Counted from the stretch's first letter, positions 42,128-52,551 are shown. The stretch: 64,000 nt of DNA from Agathobacter sp. (GCA_045603165.1 JAZULP010000032.1:5667-69666); one strand, 5' to 3'. Program-made: numbers and translations. The notes: generated by a model not told the origin, from the sequence alone.

Positions 42128-42156
42128 ATTATATACTATTTTTTATAATTTCACAA
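42128..42156 (-). promoter_or_regulatory. Sigma-A promoter of the DUF5717 operon
   Basis: TTGTGA-17-TATAAT, 18 nt before the ATG at 42109. Confidence 0.55.
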
Positions 42157-42168
42157 GACTGCAAGTCC

Positions 42169-43554
42169 TTACTTGTTAGATAAATACTCATGAATTCCCG
42201 CAGCAGCAGCTTTACCAGCACCCATCGCTAAGATAACTGTTGCAGCACCTGTAACTGCATCACCGCCAGCATAAACGCCTTCTTTTGATGTAGCACCAGT
42301 TTCTTCTTCTGCTACGATACACTGCCATTTATTGATATCCAAGCCTTCTGTGGTAGAAGAAATCAGTGGGTTTGGTGATGTACCGAGTGACATGATTACG
42401 GTATCGCATTCAATTTCGTATTCAGATCCAGGTACTTCTACTGGACGACGACGGCCAGATGCGTCTGGTTCGCCAAGTTCCATTTTGATAATCTTTATTC
42501 CCTTTACCCATCCATTTTCATCTACTAGGATTTCCATTGGATTCTGGAGAAGGTCGAAAATAACACCTTCTTCTTTTGCATGATGTACTTCTTCTACTCG
42601 TGCAGGAAGCTCTGCTTCACTACGACGGTAAACGATATGTGTTTCTGCGCCAAGACGAAGTGCTGTACGAGCAGCGTCCATAGCTACGTTACCACCACCA
42701 ACAACTACTACTTTCTTTCCACGGCTGATAGGTGTTTCATAGCCTTCCTGGAAAGCTTTCATAAGGTTGTTTCTTGTAAGGTATTCGTTTGCAGAGAATA
42801 CGCCGTTTGCCTGTTCTCCTGGGATACCCATGAATTTTGGAAGACCTGCACCAGAACCGATAAATACAGCTTCGAAGCCTTCGTCTTCGATTAATTCGTC
42901 GATAGTAATTGATTTACCGATAACTACGTTGGTTTCAATCTTAACACCAAGTGCTTTTACATTTTCCACTTCCGCAGCTACTACCTTGTCCTTCGGAAGA
43001 CGGAACTCTGGAATACCATAGACAAGTACGCCACCTGCCGCATGTAATGCTTCAAAAATAGTTACTTCGTAGCCAAGTTTTGCCAAGTCACCAGCACAGG
43101 TAAGACCTGCAGGACCGGAACCTATTACAGCTACTTTATGTCCATTTGTGCTTTCAGCCTTTTTCGGTTTGATACCGTTTTCTCTCGCCCAGTCAGCTAC
43201 GAAACGTTCCAACTTACCGATAGAAACTGGGTCACCCTTGAAGCCTCTGATACATTTTCCTTCACACTGGCTTTCCTGTGGGCAAACACGACCACAAACT
43301 GCTGGAAGTGCAGATGATTCGGAGATAGTCTGATATGCTTCTTCAAATTCATTATTTTTTACATGTTCAATGAATGCTGGGATATCGATAGAAACCGGAC
43401 ATCCTTTTACACACATTGCATTTTTACAATTTAAGCAACGAGATGCTTCTGCTACTGCTTCTTCTGCGTCGTATCCGTAACATACCTCTTCAAAGTTTTT
43501 TGCTCGAACTTCTGCTTCCTGTTCACGAACAGGCACTCTCTTTAATACGTCCAT
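42169..43554 (-). CDS. NfnB/SudA-type NADPH-dependent oxidoreductase large subunit (GltD-like)
   Basis: RCLNC..CVKGCP, CGRVCPQESQCE, GSGPAG, GGGNVAMD and GDAVTGAATV. Confidence 0.9.
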   Translation of the reverse strand: MDVLKRVPVREQEAEVRAKNFEEVCYGYDAEEAVAEASRCLNCKNAMCVKGCPVSIDIPAFIEHVKNNEFEEAYQTISESSALPAVCGRVCPQESQCEGKCIRGFKGDPVSIGKLERFVADWARENGIKPKKAESTNGHKVAVIGSGPAGLTCAGDLAKLGYEVTIFEALHAAGGVLVYGIPEFRLPKDKVVAAEVENVKALGVKIETNVVIGKSITIDELIEDEGFEAVFIGSGAGLPKFMGIPGEQANGVFSANEYLTRNNLMKAFQEGYETPISRGKKVVVVGGGNVAMDAARTALRLGAETHIVYRRSEAELPARVEEVHHAKEEGVIFDLLQNPMEILVDENGWVKGIKIIKMELGEPDASGRRRPVEVPGSEYEIECDTVIMSLGTSPNPLISSTTEGLDINKWQCIVAEEETGATSKEGVYAGGDAVTGAATVILAMGAGKAAAAGIHEYLSNK

Positions 43555-44444
43555 TATTCGTCACCTCCGCAATGTCCACATCCGCCATGATGTGTATCTC
43601 CTTCTTCGTAAGCAAGCTTCGCACGACCTTCTGCAGTCTTATACTGAGTCTGTCTAGCCATAGCCTGATCAAAGTCTACCAAATGTCCGTCAAATTCTGG
43701 TCCATCAACGCATGCGAATTTTACTTCTCCGCCAACCATAAGACGACAAGCACCACACATACCAGTTCCATCTACCATAATAGGGTTCATCGAAACAATA
43801 GTTGGGATTTCAAGCTTCTTGGTAAGCAAGCTAACAAATTTCATCATAATCATTGGTCCAATAGCTACACACTGGTCATATGTTTTGCCTTCCGCATAAA
43901 GAGCTTCGAGCTGTGCACAACCATTTCCGTGGAAACCATAGCTCCCGTCATCTGTGGCAACGTATACATTTTTAGCAACAGCTTTCATTTCATCGATGTA
44001 GAATAAAAGGTCCTTTGTACGGCATCCCATGATAACATCTACATCTACGCCATGTTCATGAAGCCATTTTACCTGTGGATATACTGGAGCGATACCAAGA
44101 CCACCTGCTACAAAAAGAATCTTTTTCTGTTTGGTTTCTGCCAAATGCTTTTCTTCACAGAGCTCTGATGCACATCCTAAAGGTCCAACGAAATCCATCA
44201 GTTCGTCTCCCTCACTTAAATCCATCATACGCATGGTTCCAGCACCGATGGTCTGAACTACAATAGTAACAGTCTCTGCATCTCTATCATAATCACAGAT
44301 AGTAAGTGGAATACGTTCTCCGATTTCATCTGTTTTAGCAATAATAAACTGTCCTGGCAAACACTTTTTTGCAACCATAGGCGCTTTTACTTCCATAAGT
44401 ACGATCTGGTCAGCCAGTACTTCTTTTCGAACAATTGGATACAT
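43554..44444 (-). CDS. NfnA/SudB-type flavoprotein subunit (PyrK-like, 2Fe-2S)
   Basis: PGQF, ERIPLT, AGGLGIAP, MVDGTGMCGACR and CVDGPEF. Start moved to 44444. Confidence 0.9.
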   Translation of the reverse strand: MYPIVRKEVLADQIVLMEVKAPMVAKKCLPGQFIIAKTDEIGERIPLTICDYDRDAETVTIVVQTIGAGTMRMMDLSEGDELMDFVGPLGCASELCEEKHLAETKQKKILFVAGGLGIAPVYPQVKWLHEHGVDVDVIMGCRTKDLLFYIDEMKAVAKNVYVATDDGSYGFHGNGCAQLEALYAEGKTYDQCVAIGPMIMMKFVSLLTKKLEIPTIVSMNPIMVDGTGMCGACRLMVGGEVKFACVDGPEFDGHLVDFDQAMARQTQYKTAEGRAKLAYEEGDTHHGGCGHCGGDE

Positions 44445-44523
44445 TCTACATTCCTCCTTTTGTAGTGCATGATTTATAATTTTTAAAAACCTCGAAATAT
44501 AATTCAATTTCGAGGTTTTATAG

Positions 44524-45600
44524 TTACTTAATTACTTCTGCAATCGTAATATTTCGATAGTTCGGATCCTTATGTAAGAATATTAATTCCTTTCCAATGA
44601 TGAGTACTGGACGCAATGGGTAATCAGATATATTTTTCACCACAACGCCTTGTGCACCATTGGATAAGCGAACCCTGATTCCAATTGGATATGGTGCCAC
44701 CACCTGAAGCAAAGCTCTCAAGCATTCCATATCTAATTCTGCATTCACAGACATATACTCAATGGCTTCTGCCTGATACATAGAAGCACCCTCATATGGA
44801 TTCATATTTACTAAATTATCGTATACATTGGCACAGGCAACGATACGTGCTGAACGCACAATTTTTTCACCCTGTAAACCAGATGGATAACCACTTCCAT
44901 TTATCTTTTCATGATGCTGCCATACCGCGTAAAGCGTAGAAACTGAATAATTATGCTTCTGTAAAAAACGAAACATCTTTTCAGAATGCTGACGTATCAT
45001 ATTTTTTTCGCTTTCTGTTAGTCCTTTTTTATTAATTAGACTATCAGCAAACCAAGCCTTACCAATATCGTGGTAAATGGCACCTAGAGCTATATCCATG
45101 ATTTCTAGCTTATTCATGCCTAATTTTATCGCCATTCCAATAGCAAGAAAACACACATTAATAGAATGATAATAAAGCCAAGTAGACATATTTCTGGAAT
45201 CTTCTAATTCAAAAAGCAATTGTCCTTCAGCTTCTGCTTTTACTAATATATCTATAATGTCCTCTAACATATCATGCAAATGCTTCTTATCCGTCATAAA
45301 CTGATTATCAAAGAAATCCTGTTGGATAGCTTTGTTTTGATAAATATTTCGCACAAGATTCATCAGTTGTAGCTGTGTTAAATCTTCAATCAATGGTTCT
45401 GGAATCGGAATACTCTCTCTACGCTCCTCATCAACGTTATTGATATATACCCCCTTATAACCATTCTGACTAATGACACGTATAGCAGTTTCTGTTAACT
45501 CTTTGTCCGCCTTTAATAAAATACGACTATGTTCGTCATATAAAGGCTTAGCCGTCAAATCCCCTGGCTTTAAATTCTCAGTCCTCACATATTCAATCAT
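44524..45600 (-). CDS. HD-GYP domain protein (putative cyclic dinucleotide phosphodiesterase)
   Basis: YHSINV, YHDIGK, HHEKINGSGYP and C-terminal YPIG..V.LSNG..RP. Confidence 0.85.
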   Translation of the reverse strand: MIEYVRTENLKPGDLTAKPLYDEHSRILLKADKELTETAIRVISQNGYKGVYINNVDEERRESIPIPEPLIEDLTQLQLMNLVRNIYQNKAIQQDFFDNQFMTDKKHLHDMLEDIIDILVKAEAEGQLLFELEDSRNMSTWLYYHSINVCFLAIGMAIKLGMNKLEIMDIALGAIYHDIGKAWFADSLINKKGLTESEKNMIRQHSEKMFRFLQKHNYSVSTLYAVWQHHEKINGSGYPSGLQGEKIVRSARIVACANVYDNLVNMNPYEGASMYQAEAIEYMSVNAELDMECLRALLQVVAPYPIGIRVRLSNGAQGVVVKNISDYPLRPVLIIGKELIFLHKDPNYRNITIAEVIK

Positions 45601-45696
45601 ACTTTACCCTCTCCGTAAAAAATATACACTGTTCTATTATAACTTAAGATATCAAATAATTTCAAGATTTTATTTCCAAAAATATCATAAAATTCC

Positions 45697-46509
45697 TTAG
45701 GATAATAAAATTCTATCATTATCTAATACTTTTTTTGCTTTTTTCTGGAATTTTAGCAATAAATCTTCCACAGATAAACCTAATCTTTCATCCCCTTCTA
45801 TATCTAAAACGATGTTGCCACTGTCCATCATAAGAGTACGATTCCCAAGCTCAAGTGCCTGCTTCATATTGTGTGTAATCATAAGACATGTAATGCCACG
45901 CTCAGCCACGATATCCTTCGTAAGCTGTAATACTTTCTCTGCTGTAGCTGGATCAAGAGCTGCTGTGTGTTCATCCAAGAGTAAAATCTTTGGTGTCACA
46001 AAGGTTGCCATAAGAAGCGTTAGAGACTGGCGCTGTCCACCAGACAAAAGACCTACCGGCTGCTTCATCCTATCCTCCAAGCCCATGCCAAGTAGCGAAA
46101 GCTGCTCGCGGAATTTCTCTTTATCCTTGTTGTTGATTCGACTAAAGTAAGCGTTCTTGGACTTGGAAGAACGAAGGTAAGCTAACGCCACATTTTCTTC
46201 TATCGTCATGTGGGGCGCAGTACCACGAAGCGGATCTTGGAACAGGTGTCCAATTACACGGCTTCTCTGATACTCCTTCAGGTATGTGATATCTTCTCCA
46301 TCCAGCATGACAAGTCCACGGTCAATGAAAAAAGACCCTGTGATTGCATTAAAAAGTGTAGACTTTCCCGCACCATTGCTGCCAATAATTGTAGCAAAGT
46401 CGCCCTTTTTCAAGGTGAGATTCACCTGATTTAATGCACATTTTTCATTTACTGTACCAGGATTGAAGGTCTTAGTAAGGTTTTTTAATACAAGCATATT
46501 TTCTGACAT
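45697..46509 (-). CDS. ABC transporter ATP-binding protein (aromatic amino acid / TrpXYZ-like)
   Basis: GSNGAGKS, LSGGQRQ and LLLDEHTAALDP. Confidence 0.9.
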   Translation of the reverse strand: MSENMLVLKNLTKTFNPGTVNEKCALNQVNLTLKKGDFATIIGSNGAGKSTLFNAITGSFFIDRGLVMLDGEDITYLKEYQRSRVIGHLFQDPLRGTAPHMTIEENVALAYLRSSKSKNAYFSRINNKDKEKFREQLSLLGMGLEDRMKQPVGLLSGGQRQSLTLLMATFVTPKILLLDEHTAALDPATAEKVLQLTKDIVAERGITCLMITHNMKQALELGNRTLMMDSGNIVLDIEGDERLGLSVEDLLLKFQKKAKKVLDNDRILLS

Positions 46510-47465
46510 TACTTAACCTCCTTTTCCTGCTCTAATAATTCTTTGATATAAGCCTGATTCTCTGCCATAGAACTCTTCTTGCTCTTGGCAAATTGCCACT
46601 GCTGCTTTAAATATGGAAAGGCAATTGCCACTGCTACGATAATCGCTGATACTAGCTTTAAGCTCTCTGCTGGCACATCCAGACGAAGGGCTATAGCCAC
46701 GATAAAACGATACAGACAACTACCTAAAACAACACCCACAATACGTTTTTTGATGCTACCCTTTCCCATAATGGTTTCACCAATAATCAGACTCGCAAGA
46801 GCAATGGTTACCATACCAGTACCTAAGTTAATGTCACAGGATTTATTGTACTGAGCCAGTAAACCTCCAGAAAGTCCAGTCAAAGCATTTGCAACACAAA
46901 GACCGATGGTAATCATCAGCTTGGTATTGATACTGGAAGCGCGGACCATGTCTGGATTATCTCCTGTAGCACGAATAGAAAGTCCTAAACGTGTATTTAG
47001 AAAGAGTCCGATTAGTATGGCAACTACTACAACAATGACAGCTACGAGGATTAGCTTATACCATGTACTATGAATTACCTCTTTTCCCCATGTAAAAATG
47101 CTTTCCACACCAAATAGATTAACGTTTGAAGCAAAGCCCATAACTACAATATTTACTGTGTAAAGTCCAGTATTCACAATAATCCCCGCCAGAATAGAAG
47201 GCACTCCCATTTTTGTCTGAAGAAATGCTGTCACAAAGCCAGAGCATACACCTGCCAGCATGGCCGCAAATAATCCGAAAATTGGATGACCTGCTATCGT
47301 AAACATGGCACATACGGCACAACCAAGAGTAAAGCAACCATCTGTAGACAAGTCTGCAATATCCAATATGGAAAAAGATATAAACAGCGCCAATGCTACT
47401 AGAGAGTATATAAAACCCAACTCCAAGGCACTCTGTACTATTGAAACGGTAATAATAGAACCCAT
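46509..47465 (-). CDS. ABC transporter permease
   Basis: ADLSTDGCF and LGLSIRATGDN motifs, multi-TM. Confidence 0.9.
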   Translation of the reverse strand: MGSIITVSIVQSALELGFIYSLVALALFISFSILDIADLSTDGCFTLGCAVCAMFTIAGHPIFGLFAAMLAGVCSGFVTAFLQTKMGVPSILAGIIVNTGLYTVNIVVMGFASNVNLFGVESIFTWGKEVIHSTWYKLILVAVIVVVVAILIGLFLNTRLGLSIRATGDNPDMVRASSINTKLMITIGLCVANALTGLSGGLLAQYNKSCDINLGTGMVTIALASLIIGETIMGKGSIKKRIVGVVLGSCLYRFIVAIALRLDVPAESLKLVSAIIVAVAIAFPYLKQQWQFAKSKKSSMAENQAYIKELLEQEKEVK

Positions 47466-47530
47466 AATATATGTCTCCTTTTATATAAATAACAGTTCAG
47501 CCCTCGCCATTGGCAAAGGCTGTAGTATTA

Positions 47531-48553
47531 TTAGAATTCTTGACCTGTCTGGATTTCTTTTAATTTATCACAATAATCCTCAAAAATAGAATAATCAATA
47601 TCTAATGCTTTCGCAGTGTCGGTATTTACAGTAAGGATACCTTCGTCCAATTTACGAATTGGTGTAGTTGCTGGATCTGCAGCATTGATTACAATGTCGA
47701 TAAGCATATTTGCAGTGAGTATTCCAAGGTTTTCATAGTTGACACCATATCCTAAAAGTGCACCATTAAGTGCAAAAGAATCAGCACCTGTGTAATGCGG
47801 AATACCAGCATCTACAAATTTTTCATAAATCGCTAATTCTGCTGTCATAACTGTATTATCCTGTGGTGTAAAAATAACATCTACCCCATCTGCTACAAGC
47901 GCATCTGCTGCTGTCTGTACCTCACTTACGTTGGTACCTGTTTTCTTTACCACTTCAAGGTTGTGCTCTTTACAATAAGCCTCTGCATCTGCAATAGAAA
48001 CTAAAGATGATGACTGTCCATTGTCATAAAGCAAACCAACTTTTTTGAGTTCTGGATTCTGTAAAAGCATAAGATTGAAAATTGCTTCTGTATCGATTCC
48101 ATCAGACACACCTGTTACATTAGCCCCTGGCTTGTTAGCATCTGCTACTAATCCGTCTTCTACCGGATTAGAAACTGCTGAAAAAATAACTGGAATCTCT
48201 GTATCTTCAGTTGCAGCCTGTAATAATACTGCCGCTGGAGTCGCGATAGGAACAACTGCATCTACTTCATCTGCCACCACATCTGCAGCAATCTGATTAA
48301 GTACTGCACTATCTGCCTGACCATTATATTTTTCAATCTCAAAATTTACACCTAATTCTGCTTCTTTTGCTTCTAACTGTGCCACGATGGCATCTTCAAT
48401 CTGATTAAGCGAAGCATCGTCAACGTATTTTACGATGGCTATCTTGTAGGTAACATCTGCATCGCCACCTGTAGCTGTGCCGCCACATGCAGTAAGAAAT
48501 GTTGCTACTGTTAATAAAGCTGCTGTAATTAGTGTTTGAATTGATTTTTTCAT
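47531..48553 (-). CDS. ABC transporter substrate-binding lipoprotein, probably for tryptophan
   Basis: Lipobox LTAC, IATPAA and NVTGVSD; preceded by a Trp T-box. Start moved to 48553. Confidence 0.88.
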   Translation of the reverse strand: MKKSIQTLITAALLTVATFLTACGGTATGGDADVTYKIAIVKYVDDASLNQIEDAIVAQLEAKEAELGVNFEIEKYNGQADSAVLNQIAADVVADEVDAVVPIATPAAVLLQAATEDTEIPVIFSAVSNPVEDGLVADANKPGANVTGVSDGIDTEAIFNLMLLQNPELKKVGLLYDNGQSSSLVSIADAEAYCKEHNLEVVKKTGTNVSEVQTAADALVADGVDVIFTPQDNTVMTAELAIYEKFVDAGIPHYTGADSFALNGALLGYGVNYENLGILTANMLIDIVINAADPATTPIRKLDEGILTVNTDTAKALDIDYSIFEDYCDKLKEIQTGQEF

Positions 48554-48600
48554 GAAAATGTCCTCCTCTTTGCTTTGTTTTCGTTGAGAATATCCTAGCA

Positions 48601-48880
48601 AATAAAAAAAGCCGTCCCAGACCTAGAGTACTCTAGGTTTGAGACGGTAAATATTTCTATTAACCGCGGTGCCACTCAAATTGACGTAAACGCCCACTCT
48701 ACTCATGTACTATCATACACGCCGACTTGATAACGGGTTCGGTTCCCGGTGCTCCCTACTAATGTTCAAGCGCACCCTCAAAAGTCCATTCAGCAAAAAT
48801 ATCCATACCGCAATCCCACCATCTGCGGCTCTCTGTGATTTCAAGTAAATGCTTACTACTCTTTCTCAACGGTTTTTCAT
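48601..48880 (-). promoter_or_regulatory. T-box riboswitch with Trp (UGG) specifier
   Basis: Minus strand shows the AG box and GGUG loop (AGAGAGCCGCAGATGGTGGGATTGCGG), specifier GAA-TGG-A at 48786-48788, T-box GAGTGGCACCGCG near 48665-48677, and terminator ccgtctcaaacc..ggtctgggacgg-T7. Confidence 0.9.
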
Positions 48881-49005
48881 GTTAGTGATAGTTTATTACA
48901 AGAAGGCTTGTCTTGTCAATATAACTTTATATTGTAGTTTGGAATAGAAGCTATAACTAAATTTTATACATTCTCCACTTGCGCAATAATACTGTTATAT
49001 AAGCA

Positions 49006-50163
49006 CTATTCTTTCGTTTTCTTAGCAACAACCTGTACTTCCTTCAACACAGTATTTCTTCGCTTTTTGCTAAAAATCATACAGATGATACGGTAAATCC
49101 ATGCAACTGGCACCAACCATTTGTGTTTATAGAAAAATGGATAATAGTCTTTATAGACCTCTATATCAAAAAAGATTCTGTTCCACATATAACGAAATCT
49201 TGAACTGCTTCCAGTCTTTTTTTTAAATTTTCCTATCTTATTCTTTATATCGCGCTCGGTAGTTCCATAGACTCCTGAGGTCAAAAAATACTCCAGCATC
49301 TCATTTTCTTTCTCTGATAAAAGCTGGCAGATATCGTTCTCTTGAGTCTCCAGTATATCCTTGGAAAACACCTTTTTGGCAAGCTTTCTTCCCTGCTCTT
49401 CAAATTCCGATATTCCAAGTGCCTCACATTCCTTTTGAATATAAGAAAAATCAAGATTATCTTCTTTTTCATTCAAATAAATGTAGACATCTAGGAGTGA
49501 GCGCAGTCCTGTTCCTCCACCACTATAATGCTTATATTCATGACTAAGTATATATACATAAAAGTCTTCATCTGTAAAATGATAGCCATACTCAGAGCCT
49601 TCATTCTGAATCAGACGCTCTTTCACATCCGCGTAGTAAACAGACCATTCTCCATGTCCAGAACCATATAAGGCTCTGTGTAGTTCAAAATTATACACTG
49701 GTGGTTTGATGTACTCATCCACATTCCCTACCTTGACCGTCTTTGCTTCATATCCATTATCTTCCATGTAAGACTTCATAACATCTGCATACTCACGGTC
49801 AAACAGAATATCATTATCGGACATCTGGCGCATTCCAATGGCAGGATAGAATTCCTTTAAAATCACTCCTTTTAAGGGCATATACCAAATACCCTTATTC
49901 TCCATAAAGGCTAGTATTTTGGTTCTTTCCGCATCAAACAAAATATTCTTGCGAATTGCCTTGGATATATCATCCTCCCATCCCTTTGCAAGGCTTACTC
50001 CAGCATTTTTCAAGGTCATACCTACAAGGGCTTCTAAAGAGTGAAAACAGCTTACCTTATATAATTCTTCCAAATCGAGACTCTCTAATCTCTTCTGCTT
50101 CGGCAAAGTCTGATGAATACCACAGGTAGATATATATAACATATCGTAAAGTGTTTTGCTCAT
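49006..50163 (-). CDS. Nucleotidyltransferase family protein (NTP_transf_5-like)
   Basis: PLKG, RQMSDNDIL, FELH and GGTGLRSLLD motifs. Start moved to 50163. Confidence 0.85.
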   Translation of the reverse strand: MSKTLYDMLYISTCGIHQTLPKQKRLESLDLEELYKVSCFHSLEALVGMTLKNAGVSLAKGWEDDISKAIRKNILFDAERTKILAFMENKGIWYMPLKGVILKEFYPAIGMRQMSDNDILFDREYADVMKSYMEDNGYEAKTVKVGNVDEYIKPPVYNFELHRALYGSGHGEWSVYYADVKERLIQNEGSEYGYHFTDEDFYVYILSHEYKHYSGGGTGLRSLLDVYIYLNEKEDNLDFSYIQKECEALGISEFEEQGRKLAKKVFSKDILETQENDICQLLSEKENEMLEYFLTSGVYGTTERDIKNKIGKFKKKTGSSSRFRYMWNRIFFDIEVYKDYYPFFYKHKWLVPVAWIYRIICMIFSKKRRNTVLKEVQVVAKKTKE

Positions 50164-50176
50164 AAAATGATTTCTC

Positions 50177-51862
50177 CTACATATCAAATACTATTTCACC
50201 ATTTGAAAAACAGAATTGTCTATTGCAAATGTCAAGTGCGGCGCTTCTGTGCGTAACAATCAACACTGTTTTATCTGTCAACTGCTTCATTTTTTCTAGG
50301 AATTTCTTTTCCGTTTGTTCATCAAGTGCACTTGTTGCTTCATCAAGAATCAGAATAGGCGCATCTGCATACAAGGCTCGCGCAATGGCTATTCTTTGCA
50401 TCTGTCCTTCTGATAATCCAGCACCCTTTTCACCAAGCAGGGTTTCTACGCCTTCTGGTAGCTCCCATACAAAATCGGCACATGCCAGCTCCAAAGCCTT
50501 TTCAATTGTCATAGAGCCATTTGATGTTGTTTGATTATCAAAGGTAATAACCTCTCTTATCGTTCCCCCCATCAAATAATTTCCTTGTGGGACATAGGCA
50601 AATAGTTTTCTCCATTCTTTTATCGGTAATATCTGGTCATCAGTCGTTCGTATGTGAATAGTTCCAGCATCTGGATTATAAACACCCATAAGCAGCTTTA
50701 AAAGTGTTGATTTGCCACATCCTGACAAACCAGTAAATGCGATATAATCTCCTTTATTTATAGATAAATCAATATTTTCCAATATCAGACTATTGTTAGG
50801 CTCAGACTGGTAAGAAAAAGAGACCTGTTCAAAGTCAATTTTTTTCATCTGTGCGTGATATAATTGCTTGGTCTCTTCAATTGATTTCACAGCGTAAATA
50901 TCTGCTTCTTGGTATGCTTCCACTTCCATCAATCTTTCTGCACTAGCAAGCATGGAATAATATCTAGGCACATAGCCGCTTATACCAGCGAGAGGTGTTT
51001 GCAGCTGTCCAATGAGCTGTGTAATAGCGGTTAGTGTTCCGTAGCTGATACTACCAACCAGAATTCCATATCCACAATAGCCCACTCCTACCAAATACAT
51101 GCCATTCATCGCAGCAGAAAATCCTGTATTACACAGATTAGATATAATTCCTTTTTTTATCCTAGCTTTTTTATGTTCTTCAAGTCCTACATCCGCCCCC
51201 TGCATTGCCGTTTCCTCGGCACCAAAGGTTCGAAGGATGAGCATACTGCTGATTCTTTCCTGAAAGTAAACTCTAAGCAATCCATCTTTTTCTTGCATTC
51301 GTTTATGATAAAGCTTCAGATATTTACGAAATATAATAGTAACTAAGAGAAAAAGAATTCCGCAAGGAATCATTATGCACGCAAGCAGTGGCTGAAGTAA
51401 AAATATCATAACCAACGCACCACCCATTTTTACAGCCATTCCTATTGCACCTGGCAATATATCTGTCATGCCATTGGCACAAACGGCTGTATCTGAAGTA
51501 ATTCGATTCATCCATTCTTCCGAATGGATTGCAGTAACCTGGGCATAATCCTTTAGCAATAAGGAATGAAATAAATTCTTTTTCAGTGTATTCTCCAGAC
51601 CACTTCTTGTAGCTTCTCCCAAATATCTTAATGCAACGCGCAATACCAAGAGCACTACAATCACCATTGCAAATAGAGCCAGTCCTACAAAAAATCCGTG
51701 GCGGTTCTTCGCCACGGCGGCATCAATCACATCTTTCATGATAAGGGCATAACAAACAGACCCTCCACTAACTATAGTCTGAAGGAACACCAACATTAAT
51801 ATATGATATTTCTGCCTGCCCACAGCCTTTCTCAGCCACTGAAATGCCTTATTTTCTGTCAT
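50177..51862 (-). CDS. ABC exporter (fused permease and ATPase)
   Basis: Six-TM N-terminal domain, GLSGCGKS, LSEGQMQR and LDEATSALD; no C39 peptidase domain visible. Confidence 0.9.
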   Translation of the reverse strand: MTENKAFQWLRKAVGRQKYHILMLVFLQTIVSGGSVCYALIMKDVIDAAVAKNRHGFFVGLALFAMVIVVLLVLRVALRYLGEATRSGLENTLKKNLFHSLLLKDYAQVTAIHSEEWMNRITSDTAVCANGMTDILPGAIGMAVKMGGALVMIFLLQPLLACIMIPCGILFLLVTIIFRKYLKLYHKRMQEKDGLLRVYFQERISSMLILRTFGAEETAMQGADVGLEEHKKARIKKGIISNLCNTGFSAAMNGMYLVGVGYCGYGILVGSISYGTLTAITQLIGQLQTPLAGISGYVPRYYSMLASAERLMEVEAYQEADIYAVKSIEETKQLYHAQMKKIDFEQVSFSYQSEPNNSLILENIDLSINKGDYIAFTGLSGCGKSTLLKLLMGVYNPDAGTIHIRTTDDQILPIKEWRKLFAYVPQGNYLMGGTIREVITFDNQTTSNGSMTIEKALELACADFVWELPEGVETLLGEKGAGLSEGQMQRIAIARALYADAPILILDEATSALDEQTEKKFLEKMKQLTDKTVLIVTHRSAALDICNRQFCFSNGEIVFDM

Positions 51863-51863
51863 A

Positions 51864-52298
51864 TTATTTTCCTTTTATAATTGCTCGTAACTTCATTTTT
51901 AGCTTCATCATAAGTCTACGTAGAGGATATAACTTGTACCATAGCACTGCATAGATGTGATAGCCTCTATGATCCACAGAATATTCCTTGCCTTTTCTTA
52001 CAAAAGAAGTGAGTACACCTATAATATCCTCATCTTTAATTCCATACTCCTTATTGTAACAGTTATCCCCAAGGATTACATAATCCTTTTCACGGACCTC
52101 TACTACACGATGCAGAACATAGGATGCAGGTGGTCTTTTGTATAAAACCACGTCATATTTCTCACATCTTCCCTGCTTCTTAGAAATGGTAAACAAATCT
52201 CTCCCTTGTTTAATCATCGGAAGCATACTAACTCCCACATTGGTATAAGTAAAAGAGCCCTTTGTATCCAACATTTCCTCATACGTTGTTTTAATCAT
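51864..52298 (-). CDS. S24/S26 family peptidase, soluble, Ser-His type
   Basis: GVSMLPMI (Ser), YVLHRVV (His) and GDN motifs; no N-terminal TM anchor. Confidence 0.8.
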   Translation of the reverse strand: MIKTTYEEMLDTKGSFTYTNVGVSMLPMIKQGRDLFTISKKQGRCEKYDVVLYKRPPASYVLHRVVEVREKDYVILGDNCYNKEYGIKDEDIIGVLTSFVRKGKEYSVDHRGYHIYAVLWYKLYPLRRLMMKLKMKLRAIIKGK

Positions 52299-52551
52299 CA
52301 ATGGCACCTATCTTATGTAATGTATCGATTATCTTATCTACATCTTCTGCAATCTGTTCACGAGGCGCATCATATCTTTCCAGCATTTTGTCAATGATAT
52401 CCGCTTTCGTAACATCCTTCTTCAAACATTCTACAATAAAGCCAGCAGTCTGATTGCTTCTAATCATACCATTAAATGTAGAGTTTCCAGCGGTTACTGT
52501 AAAGTGCTCACCACCGCTCTCATGTGTAATAAATTCTTCCTTTAATTTCAT
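52291..52551 (-). CDS. PqqD family RiPP recognition element (RRE)
   Basis: 86 aa with NQTAGFIVECL, MLERYDA and EDVDKIIDTLHKIGAI, the winged-helix PqqD pattern. Confidence 0.85.
   Translation of the reverse strand: MKLKEEFITHESGGEHFTVTAGNSTFNGMIRSNQTAGFIVECLKKDVTKADIIDKMLERYDAPREQIAEDVDKIIDTLHKIGAIDD

Noticed and set aside
42169-43554. Glutamate synthase small subunit
   Set aside because: It is paired with a PyrK-like flavoprotein and there is no gltB, which fits NfnAB/SudAB better.
48881-49005. Precursor peptide for the RRE cassette
   Set aside because: Only ggaga-ATG-MYKI* is present, which is too short; the region is the T-box promoter.
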